Assembly (NCBI GenBank): GCA_963727805.1
Contig: CAVSHF010000005.1
Location: 1,120,001 to 1,184,000 of the forward strand
From: an uncultured Nitrospiraceae bacterium
Lineage (GTDB): Bacteria; Nitrospirota; Thermodesulfovibrionia; Thermodesulfovibrionales; Dissulfurispiraceae
Reading direction: 5' to 3'
Length of the DNA stretch: 64,000 nucleotides
Part shown: piece by piece, positions 27,986 to 37,995 of the stretch
How positions within the stretch are numbered: position 1 is the stretch's first letter
How the letters are laid out: the number at the start of each line of letters is the position of its first letter
Position numbers and translations under genes: made by a program
The notes under the pieces: model-generated
The model's database searches: none
Told to the model about the DNA's origin: nothing
Seen by the model: only the letters and a program-made list of their open reading frames with translations

Positions 27986-29374
27986 TCAAATAATCTTGTA
28001 TTCCTTGATCTTTTTGCTGAGCGTATTTCTGTTGATTCCCAATATCTTGGCGGCCCCCACCTGATTGCCGTCGGTCTCATTAAGGACGATACTAAAGAGG
28101 GCTTTTTCAACCTCGGAGATAACCGTGTCATAGAGGTTTGATTTATCGAGTTTCTTCATTTCGGTGAGAAAACCATGCAATTTTTCTTCGAGGAACTCCT
28201 TAACAGAGCACGAATTGTAATCGTTGCAGAAGAGGTCCCTTCTTTCGATGAGACTGTCCCTCGATAGTATAGATGCCCGCTTGATAGTGTTTTCAAGTTC
28301 TCTCACATTGCCCGGCCAGCCATATTCCATAAGGGCTTTTTCAGCATCCCTAGAAAAATCCTTGGGTGGCAATTCGAAGGCCTTCACGGACTCTTTGAGG
28401 AAGTGTCGTGAAAGGGGAGTGATATCGTCCTTCCGGTCCCTCAGCGGCGGAATCCTTATCTCGATTACGTTGAATCGATAATAGAGGTCCTCCCTGAAGA
28501 GCCCATTCTTGACACAACCCTTAAGGTCCTTGTTTGTCGCGCCGATGATTCTAACATCAGCCTTTATGATCTTGCTGCTCCCCAAAGGGCTGTATTCCAT
28601 TTCCTGGAGAAAGCGCAGGAGCTTTGCCTGAAGGTCGATAGCTAACTCTGATATCTCGTCTAGAAACAGTGTTCCTCCATCGGCGGCCTGGATCTTGCCG
28701 GCCGTCTTTTCGGAAGCGCCGGTAAAGGCCCCCTTTTCCCATCCGAATAGCTCAGCTTCGACAAGTTCCCCGGGGATAGAAGCTGAGTTGAGCGCAATGA
28801 AGGATCCGAACTTTCGCCTGCCGTTGTTGTGGATGGCATGCGCCACAAGCTCTTTTCCTGTGCCGCTTTCGCCCGATATTAGCACGGTAACGTCCTTTGG
28901 AGCGACCCGACCTATCTCCTTAAAGATTTTCAGCATTCCTTTGCTCTTGCCGACGATCTCTGAGCTCTTGGTTTCCTCCTTGGTCTGCCTCAGCTTCAGG
29001 AGTTCCTCTCTCATCAAGATGTCCCTGAATGCCTTTTCAACGACAATCTTCAACTCATCAATATCAAAGGGCTTTTCCAGATAATCGTAAGCACCCTCCT
29101 TCATAGCGTCAACGGCGCTCTCCATACGTCCATGTGCGGTAACGATTATAACAAGGGCATTAGGGTTGAACACCCTGATCTCCTGGAGGGCCTCAATCCC
29201 ATTGCCGTCAGGAAGTATGAGATCCAGAAGTATGAGATTGAATTTATCGAGGGCCTTTAGACCCGCCCGGATAGTGGGTTTAACAACAACCTCATAACCA
29301 AGGGGTTCCAGAGTTTTCCTGATGACCCATGCGACGCCTTCATCGTCGTCAATGACAAGAATCCGTTTATCCAT
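27986..29374 (-). CDS. ntrC: NtrC-like sigma54-dependent response regulator
   Basis: REC; GESGTGKE, GAFTGA, LFLDE, FREDLYYR, WPGNVRELEN; Fis HTH (LGINRNTL). Confidence 0.8.
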   Translation of the reverse strand: MDKRILVIDDDEGVAWVIRKTLEPLGYEVVVKPTIRAGLKALDKFNLILLDLILPDGNGIEALQEIRVFNPNALVIIVTAHGRMESAVDAMKEGAYDYLEKPFDIDELKIVVEKAFRDILMREELLKLRQTKEETKSSEIVGKSKGMLKIFKEIGRVAPKDVTVLISGESGTGKELVAHAIHNNGRRKFGSFIALNSASIPGELVEAELFGWEKGAFTGASEKTAGKIQAADGGTLFLDEISELAIDLQAKLLRFLQEMEYSPLGSSKIIKADVRIIGATNKDLKGCVKNGLFREDLYYRFNVIEIRIPPLRDRKDDITPLSRHFLKESVKAFELPPKDFSRDAEKALMEYGWPGNVRELENTIKRASILSRDSLIERRDLFCNDYNSCSVKEFLEEKLHGFLTEMKKLDKSNLYDTVISEVEKALFSIVLNETDGNQVGAAKILGINRNTLSKKIKEYKII

Positions 29375-29419
29375 ATATTTTTCAACCAGCTGTTTTAAGT
29401 TGCCCGTCCTTTTCCATTG

Positions 29420-30499
29420 TTAAGTGCTAGTCACCGGAAGTGGCAGGTAAATGCTAAACGTCGAGCCGTCCTTCACTACACTCTTCACCTTGATGATGCC
29501 GCCGTGGTCCTTGATGATCTTCTTCGATAGCGCGAGGCCGAGGCCACTCCCCTTTTCCTTTTTCGTATAGAGCGGCAGGAATATCTTGGCAATTTCGTCC
29601 CGGCCGAGACCAATGCCGGTATCACGGAAATTCACAACTACCCACCGCCGTTTCTTCGTCCTCTTTCCGCTCTTCGCCGGCACAGCACTGTCATATATTA
29701 ACACATATTCATTCGACGGTCGCGTCGAAATCCCGAGTATTTTTTCACCCCTCCGCTCCATAGCCTCGACCGCATTTTTAATAAGGTTGATGAAAACTTG
29801 CAGCAACTTACCTTCATCTCCGGAGATAGAAGGCAGGCTGGGATCATAGGACTTCTCGACCACGACTCTGCCCCCCTTGATTTCGGATTCCATGACCCTG
29901 AGGGCATGCTCTATGACTTCGTGGACGTTGAGCTGATGCAACCTGGGGAGCCTAGTCATGGTCAAATAACTATGCAGCACTGAATTCAGGCGGTCTGCTT
30001 CCTTGAGTATGAGATTAACGCACTCTTCGGCTTCTGGAGCCACAGGACTCGTTTTCAATATCTGCGCCGCACCCTTGATACCACTTAAGGGATTCTTGAT
30101 CTCATGAGCAAGGGAACCTAGAAGATACAGAAGGTGATCGAATTGATAATCTTCGCGTTCGGTAAGCGAGAGGTTTTCGCGTATGCAGAGAACTGCCCCC
30201 TCAAGGCTGTCGGCCGAGTAAAATGGTGCTAGATGCAGGTCCACATTCACCGTCCTGCCAATATCAATCTCCATTTCCTTGCAATTGTAGAGCCTTCCTT
30301 CGCTAAGCGTCTTCTGAAAGAGCATCTCAATATCATCGCTTTCTGAAAATAGGTCGCCGAGAAGCTTGTTTCTAATTTCCTTGAAGTTCCTCCCGAAAAA
30401 TTCCTCGCCCGCCTTATTGATAAAGGCAAGCCTCCCCTTACTGTCGAAAAGGCAGACGACTTCGTCCAAATTATTGATCAGGGATTCCAGGGATATCAT
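29420..30499 (-). CDS. ntrB: NtrB/GlnL-like PAS sensor histidine kinase
   Basis: PAS; LAHEIKNPLSGIKGAAQ, YDPSLP, QVFINLIKNA, GSGLGL. Confidence 0.8.
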   Translation of the reverse strand: MISLESLINNLDEVVCLFDSKGRLAFINKAGEEFFGRNFKEIRNKLLGDLFSESDDIEMLFQKTLSEGRLYNCKEMEIDIGRTVNVDLHLAPFYSADSLEGAVLCIRENLSLTEREDYQFDHLLYLLGSLAHEIKNPLSGIKGAAQILKTSPVAPEAEECVNLILKEADRLNSVLHSYLTMTRLPRLHQLNVHEVIEHALRVMESEIKGGRVVVEKSYDPSLPSISGDEGKLLQVFINLIKNAVEAMERRGEKILGISTRPSNEYVLIYDSAVPAKSGKRTKKRRWVVVNFRDTGIGLGRDEIAKIFLPLYTKKEKGSGLGLALSKKIIKDHGGIIKVKSVVKDGSTFSIYLPLPVTST

Positions 30500-30501
30500 A
30501 A

Positions 30502-31140
30502 TTAGTCGGAGTATAGCCGGTGTGAATAAATGTAGTGTTCCACAGCCTCGGGTAAAAGGTATTTAATGCTCTTACCCGCCATGGCAAGGCTCCTGATATT
30601 GGTCGAAGAAACATCAAAGACACTCACAGGAGCAACACAAGCCTTCCTACCCCCTCTGAGACGAAGGGAAGTGACACCAGCGTCAACTTTAATGATCTCG
30701 TCTTCAACATATGGAGATGCATTTAATTCCTTTAATTCGAATCCTGGCCTGGTGACAATGATGAAATCGATTGAAGTGATAAGCCTTTCGGGTTCCCGCC
30801 AGTTGGGCAGGTCCAAAAAAGCGTCCAGCCCCATGATGAAAAACAGCTTGTCTTCGGAATACGTCCGGCTGAGCGTCTCGACCGTGGCAACGGTATATGA
30901 CTTCACTTCCTGCCTCATCTCGATATCCGACACAAAAAAGTTCACATTCGACTGCGTTGCAAGACGTGTCATCGCATACCGGTGTGGAGCCTGTATAAGT
31001 TCTGATGACTTCAGGGGTGGATTTCCGGAGGGCATGAAAATAACCTTGTCGAGGTCGATAAGATACCTGACTTCTTCAGCGGCCCGCAGATGTCCGAAAT
31101 GGATGGGATTGAAAGTGCCACCGAATATTCCCAGCTTCAT
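30502..31140 (-). CDS. nadD: Nicotinate-nucleotide adenylyltransferase
   Basis: GGTFNPIHFGH, SYTVAT, SSTNIR. Confidence 0.96.
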   Translation of the reverse strand: MKLGIFGGTFNPIHFGHLRAAEEVRYLIDLDKVIFMPSGNPPLKSSELIQAPHRYAMTRLATQSNVNFFVSDIEMRQEVKSYTVATVETLSRTYSEDKLFFIMGLDAFLDLPNWREPERLITSIDFIIVTRPGFELKELNASPYVEDEIIKVDAGVTSLRLRGGRKACVAPVSVFDVSSTNIRSLAMAGKSIKYLLPEAVEHYIYSHRLYSD

Positions 31141-31276
31141 CGCCGACTCCTGCGGTCAATTCCTGTACTCATGAGACTATCAAGTCGCGCATCTTGCTTT
31201 CAGCATTGCGTTGAAAGATGCCGCCTCGATCGGCTCATTAATATATAAATTTTCCGCCCAACACGAGTCTTTTTTC

Positions 31277-31555
31277 TTAGAGTCCCATTTTCCCCAGGGC
31301 ATCCTCGCCGCGGGTCTTGGCCGCTGGAGCATCTTCCGGGAGGTATAGCATAACGCCACCCTTCACAGGCCTAATGACAATCTTGCCCTCTGAAGCAAGC
31401 TTATTAGTCACTTCTATAGGATTTTCATTGTCAAAATACTTCTTGAAGGCCTCGTTGAAACCCGAATAGACCGTATGGATCCCTTTGTACCCTTCTTTTC
31501 TGAGACTCACTATAGCTTTCCTGATAAATTCCTCATAGCTAAGCTTCTCCGGCAT
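31277..31555 (-). CDS. Conserved hypothetical protein
   Basis: Strong AGGAGGAG RBS; 92 aa; co-oriented between proA and nadD. Confidence 0.75.
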   Translation of the reverse strand: MPEKLSYEEFIRKAIVSLRKEGYKGIHTVYSGFNEAFKKYFDNENPIEVTNKLASEGKIVIRPVKGGVMLYLPEDAPAAKTRGEDALGKMGL

Positions 31556-31575
31556 TGTAGTACTCCTCCTTTTTT

Positions 31576-32832
31576 TTATTCCCTCAGCTGCCCATGCCCA
31601 AGAACGACAAATTTTGTGCAGGTGAGCTCTTCTAGTCCCATCGGACCACGGGCATGTATCTTATCCGTTGAGATGCCGATCTCGGCGCCGAGACCGAACT
31701 GATGGCCGTCATTGAGGCGCGTCGAGGCATTTACTAATACTGCGGCGGAATCGACCTCACGCAGGAACCTCAGTGCCTTGTCATAATCCTTGGTAACAAT
31801 TGCATCAGAGTGAGCCGATCCGTAAACGGCGATGTGGTCCATCGCCTCGTCTATATTCTTCACAACCCTCACATTGAGGATCAGATCGAGATATTCCCTC
31901 TGGAAGTCTTCCTCTGTAACCTCCATAATCCCGGAAGTGATGGCACGCGTTTTCGGGCATCCCCTCAATTCAACCTTGGCGTCTTTGAACCGGCTGATCA
32001 TCCCGGGAAGAAACTCGTTCGCTACTGCTTCATCGACAAGCATTGTCTCCATCGCGTTGCAGGTGCCTGGCCTCTGGATCTTTGCGTTGAGGCAAATTTC
32101 CTCTGCCATTTTGCAGTCCGCGTCACGGTCCACAAAAATGTGACAGACTCCCTTGTAATGCTTCAGCACAGGAATCCTTGAATTTTCGGTTACAGTCCTA
32201 ATGAGCCCTTCGCCGCCGCGAGGTATGATAAGATCAACAAGGCCTTCAAGCTTGAGCATCTCCATAATCGCTTCACGATCCGGTATGTCGATGAAGGTGA
32301 TAGCACCTTCATACAGACCTTCTTTCGTCGCCGCTTCTCTCATGATGCTAACGATTATTCTGTTCGAGTTAATGGCTTCTGATCCACCCCTAAGGATGAC
32401 GGCATTCCCCGCCTTGAGACAGAGGCTAGTCGCATCGACCGTAACATTGGGCCGTGATTCATAGATAATGCCGATTACGCCAATGGGCACCTTCATCCTG
32501 CCGACGTCCATGCCGTTCGGCCTCTTCACCATCCTGACAATCTCTCCAACAGGATCGGGGAGCTGGGAAACTTCGATGAGACCCTGGGCCATTTCGACGA
32601 CCCTCTTTTCAGTGATGGTCAGCCGGTCGATAAGCGCTCTCGAGAGACCTTTTTTCTCGGCGAATTCAATATCCTTCTTATTCTCAGCAATAAGTTCAGA
32701 CGCCCGTTCCTTCAGTGCCTCGGCTATTCTTAGTAGGATTCTATTCTTATGGTCCGAGGATGCCTTTGCAAGCCTCCTCGCCCCCTCTTTCGCCTCTTTT
32801 GCCTTCTGCGTTACTACTGCTTTAATATCCAT
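31576..32832 (-). CDS. proA: Glutamate-5-semialdehyde dehydrogenase
   Basis: IYESRPNVT, IPRGG, CNAMET, NASTR..DG, GAEIGISTDKIHARGPMGL. Confidence 0.98.
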   Translation of the reverse strand: MDIKAVVTQKAKEAKEGARRLAKASSDHKNRILLRIAEALKERASELIAENKKDIEFAEKKGLSRALIDRLTITEKRVVEMAQGLIEVSQLPDPVGEIVRMVKRPNGMDVGRMKVPIGVIGIIYESRPNVTVDATSLCLKAGNAVILRGGSEAINSNRIIVSIMREAATKEGLYEGAITFIDIPDREAIMEMLKLEGLVDLIIPRGGEGLIRTVTENSRIPVLKHYKGVCHIFVDRDADCKMAEEICLNAKIQRPGTCNAMETMLVDEAVANEFLPGMISRFKDAKVELRGCPKTRAITSGIMEVTEEDFQREYLDLILNVRVVKNIDEAMDHIAVYGSAHSDAIVTKDYDKALRFLREVDSAAVLVNASTRLNDGHQFGLGAEIGISTDKIHARGPMGLEELTCTKFVVLGHGQLRE

Positions 32833-32991
32833 TGGTACCCCTAAAGTCCGAAACTGGTCAGCTTTTATAACTTATCCTAATTTATATGTAAAATCAATAT
32901 GTATATTTAATGAGCTTCCTTGGTCCCCACATTTGAACGGTTAAAGTATATTTGTTATAGTGTACTTATTACGTTTATTCAGGAGGGGGTT

Positions 32992-33174
32992 ATGTCTACA
33001 CCGGTTGTTGATTTCGATCTCTGCATCGGGTGCGGTTCCTGTTCAGAGGTTTGTCCGGAAGTCTTCGAGTTGAGGGACGAAAAAGCATACGTCATCGGAC
33101 CTGACAAATGCAGCACATGCGATTGTGAAGAGGCTGCTAACATCTGCCCCACCGAAGCGATCAAAATGGAGTAG
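32992..33174 (+). CDS. Ferredoxin, single [4Fe-4S]/[3Fe-4S] cluster type
   Basis: AGGAGG RBS; CIGCGSCSEVCP...ICPTEAI; 60 aa. Confidence 0.9.
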   Translation: MSTPVVDFDLCIGCGSCSEVCPEVFELRDEKAYVIGPDKCSTCDCEEAANICPTEAIKME

Positions 33175-33253
33175 CCGAAGCGATATCGGGCGGCCCTTGT
33201 GGTCGCCTGATATAAAACTAAACGATCCGCGCGAGGGCACTCAGATGGTGCCT

Positions 33254-33829
33254 TTACATATTAATCTTTTTGCGTGCAAGCTCTATAAAACCGTAAAGCT
33301 TAAGGTCCACGGCATCCCCTTTATTCCGATATTTCGCTATTGTTTGATATGCAGACACAAGCGGGGTCCGAACCACTTCGATTGACTCGGTTTCTTCGAT
33401 GGGATACTTTGCTCTGAGATCTGGAGGCGCAGGCAAGGCTTCTCTGGCGAGAAAAACTGTCAGGACTTCGCTCGAGAGGCCTGAGGAGACAGGTCCTTCG
33501 GCCATCAGCTCGAATTTCTCACTTGTATATCCCGTTTCTTCGATCAGTTCTCTCCGCGCAGCATTAAGAAGCGTCTCTCCCTTGTCATTCAACCCCGCCG
33601 GGAATTCGATGACGTAGCGGTTGAGCACAGGACGGAACTGGCGGATCAGCAGCAGGTCTCCTTCTTTGGTCACGGGAATGATCACGACTATCCCGTTGCA
33701 GTTGACTCTTTCGATTGCCTCCCATCCCCTGATCTCACCTTTTTCATCCCTGTATTCAAGCAGCAGGACCCGGATAAAGTTTCCTTCCCAGACGATTTTT
33801 CTGCCGATTATCTCTAGCGCTTTTTTCAC
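33254..33829 (-). CDS. NUDIX hydrolase, ADP-ribose pyrophosphatase-like
   Basis: RQFRP, EFPAGL..KGE....AARRELIEETGY. Start position uncertain. Confidence 0.88.
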   Translation of the reverse strand: MKKALEIIGRKIVWEGNFIRVLLLEYRDEKGEIRGWEAIERVNCNGIVVIIPVTKEGDLLLIRQFRPVLNRYVIEFPAGLNDKGETLLNAARRELIEETGYTSEKFELMAEGPVSSGLSSEVLTVFLAREALPAPPDLRAKYPIEETESIEVVRTPLVSAYQTIAKYRNKGDAVDLKLYGFIELARKKINM

Positions 33830-33933
33830 CAATATACCAACCCCTATTAATTCCAGTGCATCAAGCAGCGTGCGGGAGTAGTTCAACGGAAATGAACATT
33901 TCTTGCCTCTGCATCATGATCGTCAAATATTAG

Positions 33934-34278
33934 CTATCCAAAAGGTGATACCATATGCCTGCCTCCGAGAAGGTGAATATGGACATGGTATACCAATTGA
34001 CCACCCTCGGGATTGCAGTTGGCCACGAGCCTGAAACCCCTTTCAGCTATGCCCTTTTCGCGTGCAATCCTGTTGGCCACCTTGACCATATGACCGAAAA
34101 GATACAAATCCCCATCCGTAACTTCTAAAAGTGTTGAGATATGCTGCTTAGGTATAATTAACGTGTGAACCGGCGCATGGGGACTAATATCTTCGAAGGC
34201 GAGAACGACATCGTCCTCGTAGATAATTTTTGCGGGCACTTTCTTCTCAATGATTTTACAAAAGATGCAATCACTCAT
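33934..34278 (-). CDS. Histidine triad (HIT) nucleotide-binding protein
   Basis: DCIFCKI and HVHIHLLGG. Confidence 0.95.
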   Translation of the reverse strand: MSDCIFCKIIEKKVPAKIIYEDDVVLAFEDISPHAPVHTLIIPKQHISTLLEVTDGDLYLFGHMVKVANRIAREKGIAERGFRLVANCNPEGGQLVYHVHIHLLGGRHMVSPFG

Positions 34279-34314
34279 AAAACCTCCAAAAATCGGGGTA
34301 GGGCAAGCAACGCA

Positions 34315-34635
34315 TTACTTCTCTATCGTCCTATAAAAACAGGTCCGGTTGCCCGTGTGGCAGGCGCCCCCTCCGTGCTGCCTGACCTTGACGAGCAGCG
34401 TATCGGCATCGCAATCGTACAGCACCCCCTTCACCTCCTGCACAGCACCCGAAGTTTCGCCCTTTTTCCAGTACTTCTGGCGAGATCTCGACCAGAAATG
34501 GGTAAAACCAGTCTCAATAGTCTGTTTCAGCGATGTCTCGTTCATGTAAGCCAGCATTAGGACATCCCCGTTTTCGACATCCTGTACTATGGCTGGAATA
34601 AGGCCTTTATCGTCATACTTGAGTTCAGGCAGCAT
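34315..34635 (-). CDS. hisI: Phosphoribosyl-AMP cyclohydrolase
   Basis: [36 protein letters not shown]. Confidence 0.96.
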   Translation of the reverse strand: MLPELKYDDKGLIPAIVQDVENGDVLMLAYMNETSLKQTIETGFTHFWSRSRQKYWKKGETSGAVQEVKGVLYDCDADTLLVKVRQHGGGACHTGNRTCFYRTIEK

Positions 34636-34677
34636 CTGTCCTCCTTGATTCTGTAGAAGAACGGGCAAGCCATACCC

Positions 34678-35160
34678 CTACAATTTATATCCGATCTTTC
34701 TAAGAAATTCCTTCCTCGTTGCCTTATCTTCGTTCCCTTCGACGCCCATCGGAGGAAAACCATCGACGACTCCTATAATACCATTTCCCTGTTCCGTGGA
34801 GGCAACGATGGCTTCCAAGGGGTTAGCAGTTGCGCAGTAGATTGAGCATACCTCCTGGCAGTTCTTTATCTGGTTCAAGACATTGACGGGAAAGGCGTCC
34901 CTGAGGAGTATGCAGAAAACATGACCCGCCCCCACCGACTGAAGGTTTTTAATACAGGCGGCCCTGAGATCGCCGTCATTGCCCTCGCTGCGAATAAGGC
35001 ACGGACCAGAAGCCTCAGTAAAAGCTACACCGAATTTAGCCTGCGGGACAGAAGTGACGAGGATTTCGTAAAGGTCCTCCGCCGTTTTAATGAAGTGAGT
35101 CTGGCCGAGGATGATATTACATCCTTCGGGTATGTCTATTCTGACTGCCTTGATCTCCAT
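34678..35160 (-). CDS. Adenosine-specific kinase/DUF355 family protein
   Basis: NIILGQTHFIKT, AFTEASG, CATANP, GVVDG. Confidence 0.85.
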   Translation of the reverse strand: MEIKAVRIDIPEGCNIILGQTHFIKTAEDLYEILVTSVPQAKFGVAFTEASGPCLIRSEGNDGDLRAACIKNLQSVGAGHVFCILLRDAFPVNVLNQIKNCQEVCSIYCATANPLEAIVASTEQGNGIIGVVDGFPPMGVEGNEDKATRKEFLRKIGYKL

Positions 35161-35339
35161 GCTTTCCTCCTTGTTTTAGCACGTATTGTTAATAATCGCC
35201 CTAGTGCAGAGAATTCAGCAAGCTTTAATTGCCTTTTCTGCCTGTCCAAATACCTCCCGCGGGGCAATATCCTCCCTCTACACTATGGTATAATGAAAAT
35301 TAATTTATTCTTTTATGTCAAGGAGTAATATACACAATC

Positions 35340-35954
35340 GTGAAGACGTTGCTAAAAAAAAACAGGGATTCCATCTCGGGACGCATTCGTGAGGCATTAC
35401 TCTGTTTCTTCGTCATCTTAGCGGTCATCTGCCCTACTACATCAGTTTTTTCTTCCGAAATCGCACCGGTCTCCATTAAACAGGTCAATAGCGAAATATT
35501 TGTAACCACAGCCCTGCAGCCCGATCAGAAATTCATCGAAGACCTAAACAACGGACTCTCAAAGGAGATCGTATTTTACATCGACCTTTTCAGACACTGG
35601 AAGCTCTGGCCCGACGAGTTCGTTCTCGGACAGAAGATTGTCCGTATCCTGCAGATCGATCCTATCAAACGTGAGTGCATCGCCACCAACATCGAAGGGA
35701 ACGTCAAGACTCTCAAGAGATTCAAAGACCTCGATTCAATGATTGCGTGGGCAGCGAATATCGCCGACCTCAAACTAACAAATGTCAAAGTATTGGAACC
35801 CGATGACTACTACGTAAAAGTGACGGTTGAATCGAATCTCAAGAAGCTGCCTGCCGTGGTCGGGTATCTACTGTTCTTTGTTCCCAGCAAGGAGTTCAGT
35901 ATATCAAAAGATTCCTCTGCCTTCAAAATTCCCTCGCTCCAGGTGTCAAGATGA
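35340..35954 (+). CDS. DUF4390-like exported protein accompanying NtrYX
   Basis: N-terminal hydrophobic segment; ATGA-coupled to the NtrY-like kinase. Confidence 0.7.
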   Translation: MKTLLKKNRDSISGRIREALLCFFVILAVICPTTSVFSSEIAPVSIKQVNSEIFVTTALQPDQKFIEDLNNGLSKEIVFYIDLFRHWKLWPDEFVLGQKIVRILQIDPIKRECIATNIEGNVKTLKRFKDLDSMIAWAANIADLKLTNVKVLEPDDYYVKVTVESNLKKLPAVVGYLLFFVPSKEFSISKDSSAFKIPSLQVSR

Positions 35955-37984
35955 GCATTCTTAGGCCGCTCCTGATTACTTTGGCATTGATTCTCTGCAT
36001 CGTCCTCATTACAGTGATACAGATTCATTTCATCAAACTGCCGAGCTTGGATCTTACGACACGCATCCTGCTCACGTGCCTTCTCACATTCAATATCGCT
36101 GCATTGCTAACGCTCGTCTTTTTCGTTGGGAAAAATCTTTACCGGCTGTTCATGGACATGCACTATAAGGTGCCCGGATATAAATTCAGGACAAAGCTCG
36201 TCGCTATTTTTGTAACCCTCATCATGATTCCCTCACTCTTTCTTTTTCTTGCAGCAAGCGGACTCGCAACCGATTATTTCAACCGAATCTTTTCTCCCCA
36301 GATAGGTGAGCCTATAAACAGGTCCATCGAATTGGCTCGTGCTTTTTACGACTATGAAAGACAAAGAGTATTGCTCGTAGCTCAATATGCATCCAAAGGC
36401 GAAATCACTTCTATGCCAGGGATGTCTATAAAAAGGCTGCACACACTGCCTTCCGAAGCCGGCGATGTCATAAAAGAGGCTTTTGCCGGAAAGGAGGGCA
36501 CCGAAGTCATCTCGCACACCGACGGGGACACCATCAGGGCTGTCGTACCTTCCGCAGCCGGCGGAGGTGCGGTCGTCGCTGAGGTGAGACTTCCTGCTGC
36601 ACTCGCAGAAAAATCTGAAAAACTGCGGTTTCTCCATGAAGAGTACCTGAAGCGTGGGCAACTGAAAAAACCTTTGAATTTAACCTATGTTCTCACACTT
36701 GGATTCCTCACACTGATCATGGTCTTCAGCGGTTTATGGTTTTCGCTCAAAATATCGAGGGACATAACAATTCCCATTCAGAGCCTTGCCATGGCAACGG
36801 AAAAAGTAGCCTCGGGAGACCTCAACGTCGCGGTTCGTGTAACCAGTAAAGACGAGATAGGGTTCCTTATCGATTCGTTCAACCAGATGGTCGCACAACT
36901 CAGGGACAACAAGATATCCCTCGAACAGGCCTATCTTGAATCCGACCGGAGAAGACTTTATCTCGAAAACATCCTCCAAAATATAACTTCAGGGGTAATC
37001 TTCCTCGACAAAAACGGCAGGATACTGACCGTAAACAAGTCTGCCTGCAAGATTCTTGATCTTGATGACGCACAGGTCGTCGGCACTGATTATCGCAAGC
37101 TGATCGCGGGACTCCATTCCGGAGACCTCGTTAAAATGATCCGGGACATCGAAGGCAAAGAAGTAAGAGAAGTGATACGGGAAGTCAAGATCAATCTCGG
37201 CGGCAGGCCTATGATCGTCAGAGTAACGGTTTCAGGCATCCGCGAGTCCTATGGATCCTCCGCTCTCGGCATGCTCGTCGTGTTCGATGATCTCACCGAT
37301 GTGATCAAGGCCCAAAAGGCTGAGGCTTGGCAGGAAGTTGCACGCCGCATCGCCCATGAGATCAAAAATCCCCTGACGCCGATCAAGCTGTCCACAGAGC
37401 GACTTATGAAGAAGTGGCTTAATAAGGATGCAGACTTCGACATTGTATTTGAAAAGTCGACGAAGACGATTATCACTGAAGTTAACAGCCTCAGAAAGCT
37501 TGTGGATATTTTTTCAACATATGGCAGGATGCCCGAGATTACAAAGGCGTCTGCCGATCTGATAGATCTTCTCGACTCGGTCACCGCACTTTATAAAGGC
37601 TACCCAGATTTAAGAATACATGTCACCGCTGAAGACGAAATCCCGAAAGTTATTATTGACAGCGAGCAGATCAAGAGGGCACTTATCAATATAATAGATA
37701 ATGCGATCGAGGCCATGAAGCAGACAGGCGATATAACCATCTCGCTTACAACAGCTGATCACCATGTTTCGATCGGGATCGCCGATACCGGCCCCGGCAT
37801 ACCGGATGATGAAAAAGAAAAACTCTTCCTCCCCTACTTTTCCAAGAGAAAGGGCGGCACGGGGCTCGGCCTCGCGATCGCGGGAAAGATTGCGACTGAT
37901 CACGGCGGACGAATCATAGTAAAGGACAACCATCCGAAAGGGAGCATCTTCATCGTAGAGATCCCCGCCGGCGAGCATAGCTAA
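35951..37984 (+). CDS. ntrY: NtrY-like HAMP/PAS sensor histidine kinase
   Basis: KFRTKLV..F, HAMP (DEIG..SFNQM), PAS, AWQEVARRIAHEIKNPLTPIKLS, GTGLGL. Confidence 0.85.
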   Translation: MSILRPLLITLALILCIVLITVIQIHFIKLPSLDLTTRILLTCLLTFNIAALLTLVFFVGKNLYRLFMDMHYKVPGYKFRTKLVAIFVTLIMIPSLFLFLAASGLATDYFNRIFSPQIGEPINRSIELARAFYDYERQRVLLVAQYASKGEITSMPGMSIKRLHTLPSEAGDVIKEAFAGKEGTEVISHTDGDTIRAVVPSAAGGGAVVAEVRLPAALAEKSEKLRFLHEEYLKRGQLKKPLNLTYVLTLGFLTLIMVFSGLWFSLKISRDITIPIQSLAMATEKVASGDLNVAVRVTSKDEIGFLIDSFNQMVAQLRDNKISLEQAYLESDRRRLYLENILQNITSGVIFLDKNGRILTVNKSACKILDLDDAQVVGTDYRKLIAGLHSGDLVKMIRDIEGKEVREVIREVKINLGGRPMIVRVTVSGIRESYGSSALGMLVVFDDLTDVIKAQKAEAWQEVARRIAHEIKNPLTPIKLSTERLMKKWLNKDADFDIVFEKSTKTIITEVNSLRKLVDIFSTYGRMPEITKASADLIDLLDSVTALYKGYPDLRIHVTAEDEIPKVIIDSEQIKRALINIIDNAIEAMKQTGDITISLTTADHHVSIGIADTGPGIPDDEKEKLFLPYFSKRKGGTGLGLAIAGKIATDHGGRIIVKDNHPKGSIFIVEIPAGEHS

Positions 37985-37995
37985 GGAGAAAATGC